DNA from: Lama guanicoe | Taxonomy: Eukaryota | DNA length: 64,000 nucleotides | Assembly (NCBI GenBank): GCA_013239625.1 | Contig: MU055574.1 | Coordinates: 20,568,115 to 20,632,114 of the forward strand | Direction of reading: 5' to 3' | Part shown: in pieces, positions 62,801-64,000 of the stretch | Position numbering within the stretch: position 1 is the stretch's first letter | How the letters are laid out: each line of letters starts with the position of its first letter | The notes under the pieces: generated by a model | Told to the model about the DNA's origin: nothing | What the model saw: only the letters and a program-made list of their open reading frames with translations | The model's database searches: none | Translations under genes and position numbers: made by a program

Positions 62801-62848
62801 TCAGCCGGAAAGTCGGAACTTCCGACAGAACCAAGTACTACGTTCAAG
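4209..62848 (+). CDS. IGF2R: IGF2R, partial spliced CDS (exons 3-44; extracellular MRH domains 1-15 in part, including the FnII insert). Exons 1-2 and 45-48 lie outside the window
   Basis: 42 exons with AG/GT boundaries (one GC donor) join in frame into recognisable CI-MPR repeats (YINVC, FEW.T..AC motifs). Exon sizes match recalled human sizes except exon 9 (+9), exon 15 (-3) and exon 22 (-3). Confidence 0.98.
5896..5994 (+). CDS. IGF2R: IGF2R exon 4 (99 bp)
   Basis: tag|GGA...GAG|gtaaca; [25 protein letters not shown]. Confidence 0.95.
6532..6651 (-). mobile_element. tRNA-Ala-derived SINE (vic-1-like)
   Basis: Reverse complement of GGGGAGGGTATAACTCAAGGGTAGA...GGTCCTGGGTTCAATTCC plus A-rich tail. 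Confidence 0.8.
7305..7470. mobile_element. MER58-like hAT DNA transposon remnant
   Basis: ctaagaatggttctttacatttt...gcctaaaatgttt...tgctgaccctt motifs. Confidence 0.55.
9842..9974 (+). CDS. IGF2R: IGF2R exon 5 (133 bp)
   Basis: tag|GTG...ATAG|gtctga; [20 protein letters not shown]...FINVCRDI. Confidence 0.95.
10640..10790. mobile_element. MIR fragment
   Basis: gtaattttgaccaaagtcatag...agtaagtggtggagctaaaatttgaaccca. Confidence 0.55.
11181..11310 (+). CDS. IGF2R: IGF2R exon 6 (130 bp)
   Basis: cag|AC...CAG|gtcggt; [13 protein letters not shown]...[10 protein letters not shown]. Confidence 0.95.
12052..12414. mobile_element. MLT1A/B-like MaLR solo LTR
   Basis: gtaaggacaccagtc, ttaatcacctctt, ggttagggcttcaacat...gaatttt motifs typical of MLT1. 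Confidence 0.7.
12587..12659. other. Assembly gap (42 N, 12603-12644) inside a poly-C tract
   Basis: N run flanked by C16 and C15. Confidence 0.95.
13126..13231 (+). CDS. IGF2R: IGF2R exon 7 (106 bp)
   Basis: cag|G...GAG|gtgagg; LVLSY...[22 protein letters not shown]. Confidence 0.95.
14630..14925 (-). mobile_element. L1M 3'-end fragment
   Basis: ttttattgacata...ttgcacaaccattgccaca...aagtggaatcatac. Confidence 0.6.
15705..15867 (+). CDS. IGF2R: IGF2R exon 8 (163 bp)
   Basis: tag|GGC...GGG|gtgagg; [31 protein letters not shown]. Confidence 0.95.
16033..16207 (+). CDS. IGF2R: IGF2R exon 9 (175 bp)
   Basis: tag|CT...CCG|gtgggt; [17 protein letters not shown]...AAVCQVKK...NQTLR. Confidence 0.92.
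16585..16740 (-). mobile_element. tRNA-Ala-derived SINE (vic-1-like)
   Basis: ggggattgaacccaggacctcgtgcatgctaag...ccactgagctacaccctc, preceded by T-rich tail. Confidence 0.85.
17213..17316 (+). CDS. IGF2R: IGF2R exon 10 (104 bp)
   Basis: cag|G...CAG|gtgagc; [30 protein letters not shown]. Confidence 0.95.
19215..19375 (+). mobile_element. Ancient CR1/L3 reverse-transcriptase remnant
   Basis: Translates [24 protein letters not shown], resembling CR1 RT LGPVLFNIFINDLDEG...KFADD. Confidence 0.55.
19450..19720 (-). mobile_element. L1MC-like fragment
   Basis: ttttattatgaaagttttcagata...catgcccaccactcag...ttttgccaaatttgct. Confidence 0.55.
20265..21150. mobile_element. Old MLT1-type MaLR LTR interrupted by a younger LTR
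   Basis: Flanks rejoin as ccctgctccatg|cagtcatttggggacc, an MLT1-like phrase. Confidence 0.5.
20368..20982 (-). mobile_element. ERV1-like solo LTR, antisense to IGF2R
   Basis: ~615 bp, TG...CA ends, gaaagaattcaagagcgag motif, minus-strand AATAAA at 20512-20517; left end uncertain by a few bp. Confidence 0.7.
21895..22140. mobile_element. MIR
   Basis: ggctctggggccagaccgtctgggg...ctagctgtgaaaccataggcaaattatttagcct. Confidence 0.6.
23203..23367 (+). CDS. IGF2R: IGF2R exon 11 (165 bp)
   Basis: cag|GT...CAG|gtaggc; [23 protein letters not shown]. Confidence 0.95.
23665..23870 (+). mobile_element. L1 3'-end fragment
   Basis: ttgctaagaaggtagatcttaaaagttctcaccacac. Confidence 0.6.
25060..25200 (+). 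CDS. IGF2R: IGF2R exon 12 (141 bp)
   Basis: cag|AA...TAG|gtgagt; EQNWEAVDG...[30 protein letters not shown]. Confidence 0.95.
   Translation, partial: NWNRIGKPWTAAGGNQRRSISSLTSATECCRRARRGAALRMRPCAP
26409..26552 (+). CDS. IGF2R: IGF2R exon 13 (144 bp)
   Basis: cag|AT...CAG|gtaaca; [12 protein letters not shown]...TNITLVCKP. Confidence 0.95.
27225..27520 (-). mobile_element. L1MB-like 3'-end fragment
   Basis: attgtaaaatatataatataaaatttacc...aaattcaccattttaatc...ccagaacgttttcatt. Confidence 0.6.
27593..27730 (+). CDS. IGF2R: IGF2R exon 14 (138 bp)
   Basis: cag|GC...CCG|gtgtgt; [11 protein letters not shown]...[15 protein letters not shown]. Confidence 0.95.
28273..28417 (+). CDS. IGF2R: IGF2R exon 15 (145 bp), GC donor
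   Basis: tag|GG...GAG|gcaagt; [10 protein letters not shown]...FYINVCG...ACQVSR; phase 2 matches exon 16. Confidence 0.9.
28949..29126 (+). CDS. IGF2R: IGF2R exon 16 (178 bp)
   Basis: tag|T...CAG|gtaggg; [21 protein letters not shown]...[14 protein letters not shown]. Confidence 0.95.
29780..29895 (+). CDS. IGF2R: IGF2R exon 17 (116 bp)
   Basis: tag|GAA...CAG|gtgagg; [26 protein letters not shown]. Confidence 0.95.
30345..30513 (+). CDS. IGF2R: IGF2R exon 18 (169 bp)
   Basis: cag|T...CAG|gtaggt; LAKSEGG...[12 protein letters not shown]. Confidence 0.95.
31395..31565. mobile_element. MIR
   Basis: gggtttgagtcccatctctg...gccttgataagtcacttagcatatctgaacct. Confidence 0.55.
31570..31912. mobile_element. 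MER2-like Tigger DNA transposon
   Basis: gattggttccaggac...gataccaaaatcc..ggatgctcaagtcc and gaacccgcggatacagaaggctgac termini. Confidence 0.75.
32085..32264 (+). CDS. IGF2R: IGF2R exon 19 (180 bp)
   Basis: cag|GGT...CTG|gtaagg; [12 protein letters not shown]...[11 protein letters not shown]. Confidence 0.95.
32815..33055 (-). mobile_element. L1MB-like fragment interrupted by a SINE
   Basis: acataacataaaatttaccattttagcc...agtggcattaagtacatt|...ttgtgcacctatcacc. Confidence 0.6.
32906..33004 (+). mobile_element. tRNA-Ala-derived SINE (vic-1-like) with 11-bp TSD
   Basis: ggtagagtgcatgtgtttagcatgc...ggtcctgggttcaatccccagcacctcca; AAGTACATTTA at 32890-32900 and 33005-33015. Confidence 0.85.
34771..34872 (+). 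CDS. IGF2R: IGF2R exon 20 (102 bp)
   Basis: cag|AAT...CAG|gtacgt; [25 protein letters not shown]. Confidence 0.95.
36119..36220 (+). CDS. IGF2R: IGF2R exon 21 (102 bp)
   Basis: cag|GCT...TTG|gtaagg; [18 protein letters not shown]. Confidence 0.95.
36480..36620. mobile_element. MER5A-like hAT remnant
   Basis: ggggtggggcccagc..tctgttttaacaag...aggttctgatgtgca. Confidence 0.65.
38213..38402 (+). CDS. IGF2R: IGF2R exon 22 (190 bp)
   Basis: cag|TTT...GAG|gtgagc; FNVCG...[17 protein letters not shown]. Confidence 0.95.
38596..38768 (-). pseudogene. Inverted duplicate of the intron-24 3' end and most of exon 25 (pseudo-exon) within intron 22
   Basis: Reverse complement aligns without gaps to 40790-40962, 152/173 identical by hand; encodes [50 protein letters not shown]. 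Confidence 0.95.
38815..38950. mobile_element. MIR fragment
   Basis: gggtttgaatccaggctcc...cttaacctctctgcttcagtttcctt..gtattaaatggg. Confidence 0.6.
39040..39600. mobile_element. L2 fragment
   Basis: gcagtcagagtgacattt...tgctgttccctct...ctcagatgtcacctc...catagtagg; approximate. Confidence 0.5.
39860..40030 (+). CDS. IGF2R: IGF2R exon 23 (171 bp)
   Basis: cag|GG...CAG|gtgagg; [11 protein letters not shown]...[19 protein letters not shown]. Confidence 0.95.
40588..40731 (+). CDS. IGF2R: IGF2R exon 24 (144 bp)
   Basis: cag|AC...ATG|gtgggt; [11 protein letters not shown]...TFYLSVCN. Confidence 0.95.
40814..40989 (+). CDS. IGF2R: IGF2R exon 25 (176 bp)
   Basis: cag|GC...ACG|gtgcgt; SCLVSED...[24 protein letters not shown]. 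Confidence 0.95.
41237..41324 (+). CDS. IGF2R: IGF2R exon 26 (88 bp)
   Basis: cag|GGA...AAG|gtaagg; [24 protein letters not shown]. Confidence 0.95.
41734..41949 (+). CDS. IGF2R: IGF2R exon 27 (216 bp)
   Basis: aag|GA...CAG|gtactg; [19 protein letters not shown]...SSCQEKR. Confidence 0.95.
42702..42832 (+). CDS. IGF2R: IGF2R exon 28 (131 bp)
   Basis: cag|GT...GCG|gtgagt; QKLTYENG...[17 protein letters not shown]. Confidence 0.95.
43052..43184 (+). mobile_element. tRNA-Ala-derived SINE (vic-1-like) with 13-bp TSD
   Basis: GGGGAGGGTATAGCTCAGTGGTAGA...GGTCCTGGGTTCAATCCC with Pol III A/B boxes; AACTGAAGTTTCC at 43035-43047 and 43185-43197. Confidence 0.9.
43229..43326 (+). CDS. IGF2R: IGF2R exon 29 (98 bp)
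   Basis: cag|CCG...CAA|gtaagc; [24 protein letters not shown]. Confidence 0.95.
44270..44900 (-). mobile_element. Old L1 fragment
   Basis: agaattctgggtt...agcactttgaag...tctcttctggaacttctatt motifs; approximate. Confidence 0.5.
45047..45087 (-). pseudogene. 3'-truncated (tailless) 5S rRNA retropseudogene with 16-bp TSD
   Basis: Minus strand GTCAACGGCCACACCACCCAGAACACGTCTAATCTTGTCTG matches nt 1-41 of recalled mammalian 5S rRNA at 33/41; GGTCCATCAACTTTCA at 45033-45048 and 45088-45103. Confidence 0.85.
45200..45812. mobile_element. L2 fragment
   Basis: ctcaggccctttgcttgtgctgctccctctgcct...tttgaatgaatgagtga end. Confidence 0.55.
46370..46506 (+). CDS. IGF2R: IGF2R exon 30 (137 bp)
   Basis: cag|A...CGG|gtgagg; [22 protein letters not shown]...[10 protein letters not shown]. 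Confidence 0.95.
47035..47149 (-). mobile_element. tRNA-Ala-derived SINE (vic-1-like)
   Basis: gtgctggggattgaacccag...ctaagcatgc...ccactgagctgtaccc. Confidence 0.85.
47675..47865 (+). CDS. IGF2R: IGF2R exon 31 (191 bp)
   Basis: cag|AG...GTG|gtaggt; [16 protein letters not shown]...YVDGDLCPD. Confidence 0.95.
49360..49486 (+). CDS. IGF2R: IGF2R exon 32 (127 bp)
   Basis: cag|AAC...CAG|gtgagg; NSRPM...[14 protein letters not shown]...CQVTNPAT. Confidence 0.95.
50161..50280 (+). CDS. IGF2R: IGF2R exon 33 (120 bp; domain 11 AB loop)
   Basis: cag|GA...TGG|gtgagt; [11 protein letters not shown]...[10 protein letters not shown]. Confidence 0.95.
50597..50853 (+). CDS. IGF2R: IGF2R exon 34 (257 bp; domain 11 CD/FG/HI loops)
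   Basis: cag|GG...CCG|gtgagt; [12 protein letters not shown]...[11 protein letters not shown]...LDKQTC. Confidence 0.95.
51096..51314 (+). CDS. IGF2R: IGF2R exon 35 (219 bp)
   Basis: cag|ACG...ATA|gtgagt; [28 protein letters not shown]. Confidence 0.95.
52435..52462. repeat. Perfect 28-bp palindrome
   Basis: CTCCTGGAGGAGAC|GTCTCCTCCAGGAG. Confidence 0.95.
52777..52926 (+). CDS. IGF2R: IGF2R exon 36 (150 bp)
   Basis: tag|GAT...ATG|gtaagt; [28 protein letters not shown]. Confidence 0.95.
53766..53820. repeat. Compound microsatellite (TG)16(AG)11
   Basis: Read directly. Confidence 0.95.
55051..55212 (+). CDS. IGF2R: IGF2R exon 37 (162 bp)
   Basis: cag|GGG...AAG|gtaacg; [23 protein letters not shown]. 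Confidence 0.95.
56002..56209 (+). CDS. IGF2R: IGF2R exon 38 (208 bp)
   Basis: cag|GTG...CAG|gtaaat; [13 protein letters not shown]...[10 protein letters not shown]. Confidence 0.95.
56520..56666 (+). CDS. IGF2R: IGF2R exon 39 (147 bp; fibronectin type II insert)
   Basis: cag|AA...ACT|gtgagt; PCVFPF...[18 protein letters not shown]. Confidence 0.95.
56801..56903 (-). mobile_element. tRNA-Ala-derived SINE (vic-1-like) with ~16-bp TSD
   Basis: ggacctcgtgcatggtaagcac...ctgagctataccctccc; AAGAAAGGC(G/T)GTTTTT at 56785-56800 and 56907-56922. Confidence 0.85.
57689..57923 (+). CDS. IGF2R: IGF2R exon 40 (235 bp)
   Basis: cag|CA...CTC|gtgagt; [29 protein letters not shown]. Confidence 0.95.
58631..58767 (+). 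CDS. IGF2R: IGF2R exon 41 (137 bp)
   Basis: cag|C...TAG|gtaagg; [14 protein letters not shown]...[12 protein letters not shown]. Confidence 0.95.
61080..61194 (+). CDS. IGF2R: IGF2R exon 42 (115 bp)
   Basis: cag|AT...GCG|gtgagg; VTYSKG...[13 protein letters not shown]. Confidence 0.95.
61998..62144 (+). CDS. IGF2R: IGF2R exon 43 (147 bp)
   Basis: cag|G...CAA|gtaagt; [35 protein letters not shown]. Confidence 0.95.
62661..62848 (+). CDS. IGF2R: IGF2R exon 44 (188 bp)
   Basis: cag|G...AAG|gtaatt; [21 protein letters not shown]...ICQVKPND. Confidence 0.95.
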
Positions 62849-63298
62849 GTAATTCTCTCCACGAACGCCCCACATTTAACCTCCTGGAAGGAACTTCAGC
62901 ATCTTCATAAACGCCCCTGAGTTGAAACCTCAGGTCGATTTTCACACAGAAGCCCTGGTCTGACCCTGCGTCTGTCACGTGGGCCTCGTCAGACGGGCCG
63001 AGCGGCGCGTGTGGGACCCGAGCGTTTCACTGCGGGTCAGCTTCACCTCATAGACAAACCGGCCAAACCTGGGCCAAAGCAGAGGTGGGGCGGTGGGGCG
63101 GAGGTGGGGCACAGTGTGCACGTCCGGAATCGCCTTCCATTCGGTTTTAGTCAGGATGTGTCTTTATTTTGAAACTGCAGATGTTCTTACAGGAAGATAG
63201 GAGACTTCACGCTTGTAGGAAGGATGGGAAAGAGCTGACCTAGGGATTCGGGTGGGCGTGTAGGTAGCCATCACGCTGCACTAACGGGGCTGTGGTCC

Positions 63299-63920
63299 TT
63301 TTTTTTTTTAATTCCAGTTCTTTTTTTTTTTTTTATTTCCCGTTTTTTTTTTTTTTTTTAATTCCAGTTTTATTGAGATAGAAGTGACATTCAGCACTGT
63401 GTAAGTTTAGGGTGCCCAGCATAATTATTTGACTGACTTACATCATGAAATGACCACAACAAGCTTAGTGAACATCCATTGTCATAGATAGAAAATTAAA
63501 GAAATGGAAAAAAATTGTTCCTCTTGTGATGAGATCTCTTAGGATTTATGCTCAACAGCATACTGCAGTGTTAATACTGATGTTTAGCATGTGGCACATG
63601 ACATCCCTGGTGCTGATTTATCTTGTAACTTCACCCAGTTCCTCCTCCCCCCACCTCTGGGAACCATCAGTCTGATGTCTTTTTCTGTGAGTTAGTTGGT
63701 TTTTGAAGTGTAATTGCGCTACAGCACTGTGTTAGTTCCTGTTGGACAACACAATGATACGGTATTTCTCTGCATTTCTGAACGGTCACCACGGTAAGTC
63801 CAGCTGCCGCCTGTCACCGCACAGAGGTATCTCATGGGCATTGCCCGCATTCCCCACACTGTGCTCCATCCCGTGGCACACGTGTTTTGCAATTGCAAGT
63901 TTGTGTCTCTTTCATCTGCT
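63299..63920 (-). mobile_element. L1 3' end(s) with T-rich tail
   Basis: Poly-T runs then ttttattgagata...agcactgtgtaagtttagggtg; second ttttgaagtgtaattg...acagcactgtgttagttcc segment. Confidence 0.7.
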
Positions 63921-64000
63921 TCTTTCCTAATTCCTTTTTGACCTTGGAAGAATATTTCCAGGAGGCCACTTGTGTGTTTTTGGTTTAAACAAATTTGATT

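Overview
Mammalian genomic DNA holding most of the IGF2R gene (cation-independent mannose-6-phosphate/IGF2 receptor) on the + strand. It runs from inside intron 2 through 42 consecutive coding exons (human-numbered 3-44, about 6.37 kb of CDS, no stop seen, phases consistent) into intron 44. The first ~1.9 kb is the intron-2 CpG island with GC-rich tandem repeats and three ZFP57 motifs, matching the known imprinting control region / AIRN promoter position. Six tRNA-Ala-derived SINEs of vic-1 type point to a camelid. Most notable: intron 22 contains a 173-bp gap-free inverted copy of the exon-25 splice acceptor plus most of exon 25 (88% identical). Fifteen of its 16 transition differences give G-U wobble pairs in the sense pre-mRNA, suggesting a long-range duplex over the exon-25 3' splice site that loops out exons 23-24. 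Also seen: a tailless 5S rRNA retropseudogene with a 16-bp TSD, a GC-AG intron, a candidate in-frame cassette exon, a perfect 28-bp palindrome, an antisense solo LTR and many old repeats. Comparisons to human/bovine sequences and repeat family names are from memory, not from searches. Exon boundaries were read directly from the sequence; repeat boundaries are approximate.
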